Assembly (NCBI GenBank): GCA_973895155.1
Contig: OZ316892.1
Location: forward strand, 29,456,932 to 29,520,931
Direction of reading: 5' to 3'
DNA: 64,000 nucleotides
DNA from: Marsupella aquatica
Taxonomy: Eukaryota > Plantae > Marchantiophyta
Both the position numbers and the translations under genes were made by a program. Positions within the stretch are counted from its first letter, which is position 1, and every line of letters begins with the position of its first letter. A model generated the notes under the pieces. It ran no database searches. It worked only from the letters and a program-made list of their open reading frames with translations, and was not told where the DNA came from. Shown piece by piece: positions 1-12,256 of this stretch.

Positions 1-155
1 TATCCGAAGAAATGAAGCTTTCGAAACCTGGATGTTCTTCGGATAGAGGAAGCCCCCTTAGTCCTTCTAGAAGGACCACAAGTAAGCTAGATGATCGATG
101 TGCAAGAAGAATATGGTGATACGATGTGACGGCATTGCGTCTTCGGAAAACCAAC

Positions 156-611
156 CTTGGACCAGTACTGAAATGTATCACCAACGATTGCCGTAGGTCC
201 GCCAGGCACATCCTTCTCCGCGACCAGCTTTTCTCGGAATGACTGGCACTCCTCGAAGCATTTGCGGCTGGTGGTGGCCCCCCGAATTGGGAATTTGGGG
301 TCTTCAGTGTACACAGGAATCTCGCCGAAAGTTTCCTCCAAGCTCAGGTCGAGGCCCTTCAGGTCACCCTTGAGCTGCAGCATCTGCAGGTCTGCGATTC
401 GGTCCTTGTTTGCCCACACAGTCACTGTCAGCCCCGGATGCTTTGCTTCCAGATGATACAACAGCTGCACATTGGGACCGAAGTTACCCGGATATGCTAT
501 AGTCACAAACAGCACATGCGCCTTCTTGTCCTTCTTCTCTCCCCCATTCGAATGCCCGTTCTCCCAACCCATTGTTCCTGTCTCATTCGAATTCCCTTTC
601 CCCGAATCCAT
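156..611 (-). CDS. UDP-glycosyltransferase (GT1 family), first exon; gene continues past the left edge
   Basis: HVLFVTIAYPGNFGPNVQL matches the UGT N-terminal HVL..P.PG.GH..P motif, and PTAIVGDTFQYW matches the P.C.I.D.F..W motif. Donor AAG|GTTGG at 156/155. The usual catalytic His appears replaced (PGNFGP). Confidence 0.75.
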
Positions 612-681
612 TGTTCCTCTCTCTCTCAAGTCCGTATGTCGTACCGATTAGAATGCGGTTCGACCGATGAGCTGGGTCAAA

Positions 682-1020
682 TAGAAATATTGAGCTTCTC
701 TGCCTCTCTCTCGCTCTCTCTTTCTGGATCAGTGGATCTGCTCTAGAGACTTAATGAGTAGAATGCAATCTCGAGATATTCAGAGCTGGATAAAATTGGA
801 GCATTGAGCGTCTCTGCCTCTCTCTCGCTCTCTTTCTGGATCTGCTCTATAGACTTGATGACTAGAATGCGATCTCGAGATATTCAGAGCTGGATGAAAT
901 TGGAGCACTGAGCTCCTCTGCCTCTTTGTCGTTCTCTCTTTCTGGATCTGCTCTAGAGACTTAATGAGTAGAATGCAATCTCGAGATATTCAGAGCTGGA
1001 TGAAATTGAAGCATTGACCT
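682..1020. repeat. Three tandem copies of a ~110-120-bp unit upstream of the UGT
   Basis: TCTGGATCTGCTCTAGAGACTTAATGAGTAGAATGCAATCTCGAGATATTCAGAGCTGGAT recurs at about 735, 835 and 942. Confidence 0.9.
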
Positions 1021-1284
1021 TCACTTCTGCTTTGGGTACTTCTCGATCTACAAATCTTACAGGAGGAATGCGCTGAATTGGGCTGGCGGACAGGCAGTCT
1101 CCTAAACAAAACTACGTACATCCGACATAAGCATGGCAGTAGTCTATCTGGACTGCCTCACTCCCTCATCGAGATCTGCCTCTTGGGGAGTTCGAGGGCC
1201 TGTCCATTTGCGTATCTGGGTCCGGTGACAGTTCAGATGTTCATCTAAGCACGTGCTGCAATAATGATGATGAGAGAGATCGTC

Positions 1285-2090
1285 TTACTAATATTACTAA
1301 TAAAGCGCAATAAAGTGCAATGTGAAGCTAGGTTTCAAGTGCTACCAGTAGACTGAAGCCTCTACTAAAATCACACCTGCCCCTATAAAGGGCTACGGGT
1401 AACGGGTAGCTCTTTAGAAATGTGTTTTGAGCTCCACAAAAGGTGCTGACTACAAAACCTTTTTTGGCAAGTATTTCACAAAAGGTGCTAGGTTTACACC
1501 TTTTATGGTGAGTAGTGAAACATGGAATGAGGCTTTTATAACGCAAAGTGAATTGTGAAGCTACTTTTCAAGTAGACTGAAGCCTCTACTAAAGCGCAAA
1601 GTGAATTGTGAAGCTACTTTTCAAGTGCTACTCAGTAGACTACTAATAGCAATGTGAAGCTACGTTTCAAGTGCTACTCAGTAGACTACTAATAGCAATG
1701 TGAAGCTAAGTTTCAAGTGCCGCTCATTAGACTACTAATAAAGCGCAATGTGAAACTAGGTTTCAAGTGCTATTCATTAGATTGAAGCCTCTAGACGGTG
1801 ACTTAGAGGGGGGCAATGGGGGTGAATTGAATTCAAGGGTGAGGACAATGGGGGCAAAGGGTGAGGGCAAAAAAGGGGGATTGGGGGTGGCATAACTGTG
1901 TGAAAGAGAGTGCTACTCAGTACACTGAAGCCTCTACTAATAAAGCGCAATGTGAAGCTATGTTTCAAGTGCTACTAACTACTAATAGAGCAATATGAAG
2001 CTACGTTTCAAGTGCTACTCAGTAGACTACTAATAAAGAATGTGAATCAAGCTACGTTTCAAGTGCTACTCAGTAGACTGAAGACTCTAG
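1285..2090. repeat. Degenerate minisatellite, ~45-bp unit
   Basis: AATGTGAAGCTACGTTTCAAGTGCTACTCAGTAGACTACTAAT variants, about 9 copies, interrupted by G-rich inserts. Confidence 0.85.
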
Positions 2091-2349
2091 ACCTTGACTT
2101 AGAGGACCGGAATTGAATTCAAGGACGAGGGCAAAAAAAGGGGATGGGGGTGGAGTAAGTATGTGAAAGAGAGTCACTTGCATTAGGCGCAGCCGGTGAG
2201 TGGAGTCGTGGGGGATTAGGCGACCCTGTGAAAAGAGTCATTGCATTAGGGAAGGTGTCTGTGAAGAGATCAGCTGCACTGGTTGAGGGCTGTGGCAAAA
2301 CGGCCAGGTCTTTGCTCTTCTTCACTTCCTGACGAAGCTTTGATCAGCT

Positions 2350-3110
2350 TTTTCAAGTGTGGGCCCAGAATGTGGGTCTCAATCGGAGGCCATAGCCAGT
2401 GAGTTGAGACCATGAGTTGGAGAATTCTGTCATGGATCAGGCCCAATGTATGGCCCACTCTCAACAAGTTCTGCATGGGATTTGCTTTTTTGGTTCTACA
2501 CAGTAGTTGGCTTTTTCATAACAAATTATTTCTTGCTTGATGCTGCATGGCATCAGAACCTTTCATCCAATTTTATTCTTTGCTGCCGCAACAAAAGCGC
2601 TCTCGAAAATGCTCTACTCCAAATAGATCTGGCCTTTGCTTAAAATGAATGATTTGGTATACCTTATACAGCTGCGGCATTTTTATAAGACAGGTCCAGA
2701 TCTAAAGCAAAACTAGAGCGAGAATGGGAACAGTGCAAATATTTGGCCCATAAGAGTACAGCTGACCAGACTAGGCCAAGGCGGTTGCAACCCAAGATTG
2801 GGTGCAAATTGTGTGTCTCAATCAGAGGTCATTCCCGTGGAAGTTGATGTTCAGTTTGAGCTGAGAACATGAGTTTGGAGTATTTAGTCCTGGATCAGGC
2901 CCAAGGTATGCCCCACTCTCTCAACAAGTTCTCCATGGGCTTTGCTTTTTTGTTCTGCACCTTATTTTGGTGCACTATATTTTTGTTTTGCACCTGAGCT
3001 TCCATGGCATTAGAACTTTTCATTCAGTTTTATTCTCTGCTTGATACGCATGCTGCTACAATTAAAGCTCTCTGTTCCAAATAGATCTGGTTCCAAATAG
3101 ATCTGGCTAT
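2350..3110. repeat. Diverged tandem duplication
   Basis: TGGATCAGGCCCAA.GTATG..CCACTCTC..AACAAGTTCT.CATGGG.TTTGCTTTTTT and CCAAATAGATCTGG both recur about 460 bp apart. Confidence 0.75.
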
Positions 3111-4289
3111 TAAATGCTTTTAGTTTTTATTTTAAGAATCATGGAGAGATTCAATTATGGATGATTGAGTAGGAGCTTGAACTGTAGATTTGTAGATACA
3201 TAAGCTCCCATGTTCCAAGTTGGTTTGGCTTCTAAATGCTTTCATCTTTTTTTTACAAAAAACTTTAAAAACCATGATTGGAATTTAATTCACAATGAGC
3301 TTCAGTAAATTTGTCGATACCTAAGCTCACATGTTCAAAGTGGGTTTGGCTTTTCAATACTTTCAGGACGTGCTCATTTCAAAAAGCTTTAAGGAAGGAA
3401 TTCACATTAATAGAAATGTTGGTTCTTTACCAGTTTCTTACTAACGAATCAGTTAGGACTTTACTAGATGACACACTTAGTCAAGCAGTGCGCAAATGTT
3501 TTTCCTTGCAAAAGTACATAGCAGCAACATATTGCTTTAAACAGTCATATTTGGACACACGTAACTGTATCACATATCATGCCATACTCATTGTGTGTGC
3601 ATTTGGGCTCAAAAGATTACTCCTTTCTGCAGACTACTATAGCTTTCTCTATACCATTTGTAACTTGGGGTTACCCTTTTCAATCCTTTGGCCTAACCCT
3701 GGTCAAATATTCTAACTCGGTAATGAGAAGACTAGTGCACATGCATGCTTCCCCTCCTCTACCTCCCATTGGTATAACTAACCTACACTTTCCCAAGAAC
3801 TTGCCCAAGAAACCTGACAATCTAAGTAAGTGATTTATCCTTTACCTCGCAGAAAAACCAACCCCCTTGATTCAAGCACTTCAACTTGAGATTCTACAGG
3901 AGTATCATAGGTGTGATGCATCGCTACACTACATACATTGCATGTCCATTCTACAAGAGTATCATTGTTTGGACATGTACAAATGGATGTACAAAACCCA
4001 CAATAATCTTCAATGAAATCAAATAATGATCGACGCCAACAGTACGTACAGAGTCAATCCCGCCCAATCCAATGACACACAGATGTCAAGCCCAATGCAC
4101 CTTGCACTCAAGGAATCAATGTCACATAGAAGGAACCCTTGGGGGAGCCCTCAGCCACCAAAGCCACAACTCAAGCTCTCCTCTCCAAGGCTCAACATCA
4201 AAAGATAACCTTTCTATGCCTCACAATGGGAGAAGTACTCTCCACACAAACCCAGTTGAACCACATCTGCTCATATAACACACATACAA

Positions 4290-5150
4290 AATGTACAAAC
4301 CTATATAGTATGATATGCTATAATACTACCTAGAATGGTGTGACATAAGTCATTTCTTCGTGTAATGGTCCTTCTTGTGCACATTTGGTCAAACATACAT
4401 GTCATGTATCATGGACACAAACCCACATCTTTTGTAGGCGTGATTCATGTAAATAGCTTTCATGCAATTATGATCATTCCTAGTTTTAATTAAGTTGTCT
4501 TACATTAGGGTAATTCTGCTATCCAAGATTATTGTAGGATGTATTTCATTTGGTTGCGGGTTTGGTTGGCAATATATACACCCAATGCATTACTTTACAC
4601 ATCTCCTTGTTGCAGTTAGTAACTCACAATCACTTCAGTTCACACTCAATTATATTGACACCCAACTGTGAACAACATACCTTATCCAATTCTGAAACGA
4701 TTTGCTTCAGCTTAATCGAAAACATTTCACAAAACTTTGTGACATCTGAGTTGTTTGCTTGTAAGTTGTCTAGGCGACACTTATGTAACACGCAATGTTC
4801 GGCTAGATATGTAAGAATGGCCACATTTAAGTAACCCAATACTCAATAGACCATCCTTCAGGAAACAAATTGTAATCTAGGAAAACTCATGGCAGCCTCA
4901 AAGTATGGAAAAGACCCTGGCATAGAATGTTGTCCAAAATGCTCAATTGGACTTTTGCAGCCTGGATTAAGTGACCAGACATGATTGAAATATGCTCCAA
5001 TTTACTACATTATTAGAGCTTTTCTAGAGTTTGTTTTCTCCCCTTTATTGGGTCTCCTGCCTTTGGGATCTTGTCTGGCCACTTTGCAGTTTTTGTTTGT
5101 TGACAGTGCCTGGGGGCATTATACACTAGGGTTTGTCTAAGTATACACTT
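4290..5150 (+). repeat. ~800-bp diverged direct repeat, copy 1 (copy 2 at ~10190-10970)
   Basis: Collinear shared blocks: TGTACAAACCT, CTTACATTAGGGTA.TTCTGCTA, ACATCTGAGTT.TTTGCTTGT, GGGCATTATACACTA. Confidence 0.8.
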
Positions 5151-5529
5151 ATACCCTACATCTTGTGTGATTAATTCTATTTGTGCGGGAGAAACTCCCG
5201 GAGAAACTTAGATGCTATCATGGAAAAATCCTTATAATATTCCAGAACCCAAAAACCAACCCCCAAACCTTGCCTAAAATAATCTGACTCGCCCTCAAAG
5301 AACTAAGGGGGGCTTTACAAGAATCTGCAAATTGATATATTTTCACAGGAAAACAAGTGGACTTCTTTGAGGGCTGAAAGTGGTTACTTTTCCAGACTTG
5401 AGACAACGGAGGTACCAGAGTTGGAAATGTGCATTCTTCTCCAATAACTACTCAAAAATGCAACAACAAAAAAAACAAATCACAAACTGCGTTGAGAGCT
5501 GCATAGCCTCCTCTAGACAGATTCCACTT

Positions 5530-5865
5530 TGTGACCCTCCTATGTTATTTACTCCGGAGCTCTACCAGGCTTTTCAGTTCTCTGCACAATAGTGTTTTAG
5601 TCTTCCTTGATCCTTCAGGGGCTCTTGGTTTTTGTCATTGTTCGTAGGTCGTGATGGGGGACTCCTTGCCTTGTTCGCCCAATAAGGCCCTTCCCTCTTC
5701 TACCCTCTTCTGTAAGTTTCTTTCCCTTTATGGGGTTGCTTTGGCTTTGGGGCCCTTCCCTCTTCTTCCCTCTTGTGTTTCTTTCCCTTTATTGGGTTGC
5801 TTTGCCTTTGGGGACACTGTCTCTAGGTTTGACATTTTTGCCCTTTGGTACTTTGATATATATAC
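5530..5865 (+). mobile_element. Probable LINE-derived 3' tail fragment (related copy at ~36590-36832)
   Basis: GGAGCTCTACCAGG...CCCTTT(T)ATTGGGTTG...TTTTTGCCCTT.GG.AC..TGATATATAT is shared with 36625-36832. Shorter CCCTTTATTGGGT pieces occur at ~5040, 10880 and 31385. The LINE origin is inferred. Confidence 0.5.
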
Positions 5866-7009
5866 TTTGTGGCAGTGGGATTGCAACTGGAGCTCAAGTG
5901 GAGAAGTCACGAGAAAAGAACGAGGCCCGCACGTATCCTGGGCGGAAGTTTATTAGCCAGAGGCACAGAACGCATATATACATGCTACAGTAGGGGTAAT
6001 TGTAACGTGCAAGCAAATAGTAAAAAATTTCCTTGCACGAGCAAAAACATTCTTGCATGACCCCTATTTTTCTACATCCAACTGTCATGCTATCAACTAC
6101 CTGGTTGGTAACATCCTTTTTGAGTACTCCCTTTTTGCTAGTTAGCTACCAACCCTTTTGAGTACTCCCTTTTTTGCTAGTTAGCTCGCTAGCCATTTGG
6201 AGTCTGTACAAAAAACACCAAAAATATAAAGGCACCAAAAAGCAAATGAAATCTGAACCATTAGTGTCTCGCTCATAACATTCTCCTCCCTATCAAAATC
6301 TCATGTTTGCTCGCAACATAGAATACCTCCTGCAGCATCAGTGCAACATTGTTACTTATTGTTTTAGAGTTAGTGAACGAGAGCTCTTTCTTTCACTCAG
6401 TCTTTTGGAGTGCTCGTTTTGATCGTCAGTTTGTTTTGCAACTTCAGCATAATGAAAGCGTTAAGCTCGGTTCGTGCAGCTACTTTGTCTGTCAGTTTAT
6501 TAGCCCGTTTATTAGTTCTGGCAGGCTTGATCTACATGCTCACAGAAATGGAGCGTCGAGCTGCTGCTGCTGCCTCCGTGAAGCTAGGTGAGGCTGAGTC
6601 CGATACGAGGAAGGAGCGCTGAATCAAAGCTATGCTCGAATGTAGAGCACTCATTCGAGTCTTTCAAGTCAATGGGAAGGAGCTACTGCAGGCTTCATGT
6701 GTTCTCGGGCTCAATTTTGAGGTGGATATGTCCAACGTTTGCTGGCGATACTCATCTAAAGAGATTGGAATTGCATGCTTACTAAACGAGACGCTGTTGA
6801 TACTTCAATTTATATATTCCTTGAAGCGGATGATTCTCGACAATACTCGATGCTGTCAAATATTATGGTATAATTTATAGACTCGTACATACATTTCCGT
6901 CTACAAGTCAGGATTGTTCTCGCCTACATATATGAATTTTCTTTTGAAACGTCGCTCTGGCACGACAACTTATAGTTTTATTACAACTAGCTCAATACCT
7001 GTGTGTTGC

Positions 7010-7520
7010 ACAAAAGATGTTGTGGCAGCCAAGATGTCGTTGAGAACAAAAGAGGTCGTGTCGGCCAAGAGGTTGTTGAGAAGAAAGATGTTGTGTCGGC
7101 CAAGAGGTTGTTGAGAAGAAATATGTCGTGTCGCCCAAGATGTTGTTGAGAACAAAAGATGTCATGTCGATCAAGAGGTCACTGAGAAGGAAGATGTTGG
7201 ATCGGCCAAGAGGTTGTTGAGAAGGAAGATGTAGTGTCAGCCAAGATGCCAGTGATAACAAAAGATGTAGTGTCGGCCAAGTTGTTGAGAACAAAAGATG
7301 TAGTGAAGAAAATACCCCTCTGTTGCACAATAGATGTCATGAAGAAATAGATGTTGTTAAGAAAAACATATGTCATGTCGCCCAAGATGTTATTAAGAAA
7401 AAATATGTCATTAAGAAAAACAGATGTTTTATCGCCCAAGCTGTTGTAATTTAAGAAAAAAGATGTTGTGTCACCCAAGATGCCGTTAAGAAAAAAAGAT
7501 GTGGTGTCGCATACAATGTT
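7010..7520. repeat. Degenerate minisatellite, ~33-36-bp unit
   Basis: AAGATGTTGTGTCGGCCAAGAGGTTGTTGAGAA variants, more than 12 copies, decaying toward the right. Confidence 0.85.
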
Positions 7521-8029
7521 CTTAAAAAAAAACTGTCGCACAAAAAAGGGCACAGAACATGAGTAACAACAACCACAAACTATCACCAGTTAAGAATTAT
7601 TTTTGTCTTTGTCTTTTTCATTTTTTAATTCCTTGTAAACCTTTTAAAATGTGAAGAAACTGCACATGATGAAGCTTTAGTTATTGCCCTCAATGTGTTG
7701 CCATTTCATTCAAAAACATATCCATTTTTTTATAATTGTACTTGTTTTCTTGGAGCAAGTACCAAGTGGAGGGGCAAGTCCAGATTGAGTTCATTATATG
7801 TTCATTGTATAGCACATGCAAATACAGTAAACTCTAGATAAGTGACACTCTCACTATCCAATTGCACTAATTTGTTTTTCCATTCCTTGATAAGTGCACA
7901 TCCCCTAAAATTTTCACTTAGTAATAAATGGCATCTCCACAGGTGAGCAGCCGTGTGACTCATTACACAAAATGTGAATACTTGCCCTAAATTTGATGTC
8001 CATAAGTCCAAATTTTCCTTTACTAAAAA

Positions 8030-10190
8030 AGGGTGATGACACACCCGAACCAATATCCATCTTAGAATGCCAAAACAGACCAGATTGGCCTGAATGACAA
8101 AAAGCTATCAACGGAGAATTAGATTCCCTACTAAGCAGACACACTTTTGGCCCAATTGAGCCAACACTGCAAGACGTACATCTCATTGGCTACAAGTGGA
8201 CCTTCGTCCGCAAAAGAAATGATAAAGGCCAGGTTGTACGCTACAAAGCACGTTTGGTAGGGAAAGGATTTACCCAACAACCGGGAATTCATTACGATGA
8301 AACTTACTCACCGGTTATGGATAGCACAACATTCTGATACCTTATCGGATTTGCCATTTTCCATAAACTACAAATGCGACAACTAGATGTTGCGACCACA
8401 TATCTATATGGAACTTTAGACACTTGTCTATACATGCGATCACCTCCTGAGTTGGAGCAACGTCGCCGAGCTTTAGCTCAAGGCGCTACATTGCATATTC
8501 CATATTTACATAAGATTATAAAACAATTATCTCAAGTTACACCTCATGTGTCATCTACACATGACACTCATCACAATGACACCCCTGTGTCAACCATACG
8601 GAATACTCGCCGTGGACTAGCTATCCGTGTGTTGAAGGCATTATATGGCCTGAAACAAAGTGGCAGAGTATGGTATCAAAGATTCACTAATGAAATGATT
8701 GCCATGGGTTTTCCCCATGATGCAATTACCCCATGTTTATTTATTAAACATATGGATGACGAATATGTCGTCGTTTCTATTTATGTCGATGACTTAAACA
8801 TATTTGGGACACCCCAAATTACAGAAGATACCATTACTCGTCTTAAATCAATATTTGAGATGAAAGACCTTGGACATACAAACTTTTGCTTAGGCTTACA
8901 ACTAGAGATCTTATCTACTGGCATGATGCTCCATCAAACAACACAAACCAAAAAGATCCTAAAACAGTTCAATATAAACCTAGCACACCCATTGACGTCA
9001 CCAATGGTGGTACGTTCATTAGAAAACAATACTAATGTTTTTCGCAAGCGCAAAGAACATGAACCAATATTAGGACCAGAAACTCTGTATCTTTCTGTGA
9101 TAGGAGCATTAATGTATTTTGCAAATCAGACCCGACCAGACATTGCATTTGCAGTTAACCTACTAGCTAGACACAGTGCAACTCCCACAGCCAGACACTG
9201 GAATGAAGTTAAACACGTATTTAGGTATCTGCGTGGCACCACCGATATCGGGTTATTTTACCCATTCTGTGCAAATCACAAACTCATAGGATATGCGGAC
9301 GCCGGATATCTTTCCGACACTGACACCACAAAATCCCAAACCGGATATGTTTTTACTACAGGGGGTACCGCTTTTTCTTGGAAAAGTGTGAAACAGACCC
9401 TAACAGCAACCTCATCGAATCACTCAGAAATCTTAGCTCTACATGAGGCTAGTCGTGAAGCCGTTTGGTTACGATCTTTTATTAATCACATCAACACCAA
9501 ATGCGGCCTACCAACACTAACAAAGCCTACTAACATTTTTGAGGATAACGCAGCATGTATACAGCAGATCGCGAAAGGATTCATCAAAGGCGATCGCGTG
9601 AAGCAGATAGCTCCAAAGTTCTTCTACACCCACGAGTTACATGGAACAGAGATCAACATTTTACAAATTTCAAGTGCAGACAACTATGCGGATCTCTTCA
9701 CCAAATCACTATCGCCAGCCGTTCACCACCGACACTGCCAGGCGATCGGACTATGGAGCGTGCGACGCATGATGTCCGTGGAGGCTGCTCCACATGATGA
9801 TTGATGATGCCGACGACATGATGCTGACGACATGATGCTGATGACCTACTGTTGAGACAGATGTTAAAGCTAGATTTACTATAGCATCTAACTTTATTTA
9901 GTATTAACATTTATTACGACGAGGACTAATAGGTTGCACTCTTTTTCCTTTAGCACTCATATTTTGTCTCTGCTACACTGGTAGAGTTTTTATTTAGCTA
10001 GAGTTGATAAAGGTTTTTTAACGAGGCAGTCTACCTCGCTTGTACTCATATCATGTATTTCCTATGAACATGATATAATAGGTATAGTCTATGTTGTCTA
10101 TATAGTTGTCACTATATATCCAAAGGGGAGTGTTAGACTCTATCTCCTATTGATCGGACGACCGGACCAGCCAGTCATCCGACACTACTA
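8030..10190 (+). mobile_element. 5'-truncated Ty1/copia LTR retrotransposon, Bianca-like lineage
   Basis: RT and RNase H coding region, then a polypurine tract AAAGGGGAG (10122-10130) immediately followed by TGTTAG (LTR start at 10131). No gag, protease or integrase is visible upstream. Confidence 0.88.
8035..9804 (+). pseudogene. copia pol fragment (reverse transcriptase + RNase H) with two premature stops
   Basis: Reads EPISILECQNRPDWPE*QKAI...YKWTFVRKRN...RYKARLV...YSPVMDSTTF*YL, then the 476-aa ORF with LYGLKQSGR, YVDDL, GYADAGYLSD, SQTGYVF, IKGDRVKQIAPKFF and ADLFTK. Confidence 0.9.
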
Positions 10191-10970
10191 CATGTACAAA
10201 CCTTTCCATACTATATGACAGTTATTCACATTCTCATTATCACAAACATGGTATTCTCCTCTCGTGTAGTGCTCCCTTCTTGTGTACATTTTGATCAACC
10301 ATGCCAAGTACCCCCATATGTACCATTGATGCCACCCTTTTTTTGTAGGTGTGGTTTGCTCTGTTCATAGCTTTCATGCAATTCTGATCATTTCTGGTTT
10401 TAATTTGTCTTACATTAGGGTAGTTCTGCTAATTAAGATTACCTTAGGAAAGATTTATTTGGAGGCAATACACCTGATGTACACATCTCTTTTTTCAGTA
10501 ACATATTCACAATCACTTTAGCTGACAGTTACTTCTTTTGGAACCTTCCCAACTGTTCCAATCCTATCCAATTTTGAAATGTTTAGCTTCACTTCTATCC
10601 ACTATGTTTCTCAAAAGTTTGTAACATCTGAGTTTTTTGCTTGTTACAGTTTAGGCGACACTTGTGTAGGGTGCAATGTGCAGCTAGACCAAATGGCCAC
10701 ATTCAAGTCACACTTTACTCATAGGACTTAAGAAAACAAATTATAACTTAGAAAAACTCAGGGCAGCCTTCATGTAAGTTTTGGAAAAGAAGTCCCCATG
10801 GCATTCAATGTTATCAACATTGCTCAAATGGACTTTGCAACCTGGATTGAGTTTTTATTTTTCTAGAGTTTGTTTCTCCCCTTAATTGGGTATCCTGCCT
10901 TTGGGGTCTTGTTTGTCTGTTTGGCACTTTTTGTTTGACTGTTGACACTAAGGGCATTATACACTAATCA
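10190..10970 (+). repeat. ~800-bp diverged direct repeat, copy 2
   Basis: Same collinear blocks as 4290-5150. Confidence 0.8.
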
Positions 10971-11519
10971 ATATATTCATTCAAAGCGAATTATTATATA
11001 ATTTATGAACATCTGGGCAATGTAAAAAGTACATTTGGCTTTCAAAAAGTGTACATTTGGGCAAGCAACAAAAGTGATGGCCATCAGACCTACCACCATG
11101 TTCATCCTTTCTAAATGAACTGGGACTAGACTCCTACTAGTAAATATCCTTTATGAATAGAATAAGCAGCCCAAGGTTCCGAGCAGACTGGGGCTCTAGA
11201 TGGAGAAAAGGACTGTCCATTGTGCCCATGCAGGACACCCTTGCATACCAGCAGGAATCCACCGATATACATGATATAATCATATTTCTCACTTCATGTT
11301 CATGAGCCTTAATTCTCATTGATTAGTGAAAGGGGATATAAAGGCTTAGAAAGTTTGGCTTTGAAGGGTTAGGCTTATTAAAGAGCAACTCTGGGTGACC
11401 ATATCAAGCCTACATAGTTGGTGCTCTTACCCATAAGTGTAAATATAACATCAAAGAGAGGTTTGGCATTTAGTTGATGCCCTTTGTGGTTTTTACCTCT
11501 GTATATTTCAGTGCATTCT

Positions 11520-11925
11520 TGGAGAAGAATGCTCTTGTCAAGATTTTGATCACCTCTCTAGTTTCACTAAATCTAATAAAAATCAAAATCTCAGGCCTTT
11601 AACTGTATAAAGTTCATGTTTCCCAAGCGTTATGGGCAAGAGCCCCTCAAAACTCGAGCTGAAGCTATCATTTGTTGGGGCACTATATTCCACAATGCCT
11701 ATGCTTGTCAGTGTACACTTGAAGAAGAATGTCCCTGTCAAGATTTGGATAACCTCTTTAGGAAGGTTCTCCTCTACTTTTACAAAAATAGTTACAATAG
11801 AATTCTCAGGCCTTCAAGTGTATTAGGTTCCTGTTTCCCCAGCATTCCGGGCAATAATAGCCTCTCAAAACTCAAGCTGAAGCCCCCCTTTTTTTGGGGC
11901 CATTATATTCCACAATGCTCTCCTG
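11520..11925. repeat. ~215-bp tandem duplication upstream of CPN10
   Basis: CTCAGGCCTT...CTCAAAACTC.AGCTGAAGC...TATATTCCACAATGC occurs at ~11590 and ~11805. Confidence 0.75.
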
Positions 11926-12256
11926 AAAGTGCAAGAAAAGTGCAAAATGGTCGGGAAGAGGGGGACGAATAAAATGCTTTGCAATTAGCCAGGGTCTGCA
12001 CTTATGGAGTGTGCACATAGGAAGAGCCGACTGTACTACTGTAGAATGGAAAAACTAAGGGCATAAAACGAAGGGTCTAGATTCTGCAGGGTTTTGGGCT
12101 TTCGGGGATAAATCTGAGAGGCAGAATTCTTAGAGAGAGACAGCGTTCGGAACCTCAGACGCATCTGTACGAGAAAGTTGGAGCAATCTGAACAATTTGA
12201 AGTTCAGGAGCGGGATCAGAAGGAAGAGGAGGAGGAGGAGGAGAGGAGAAGGAGAC

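Noticed and set aside
4290-5150. 5' LTR of the copia element
   Set aside because: It lacks the TGTTAG start, no PBS or gag follows, and it is too diverged from the 3' copy given the near-intact pol.
6992-7586. ORFs with TTSFFLN-type repeats
   Set aside because: These are translations of a minisatellite.
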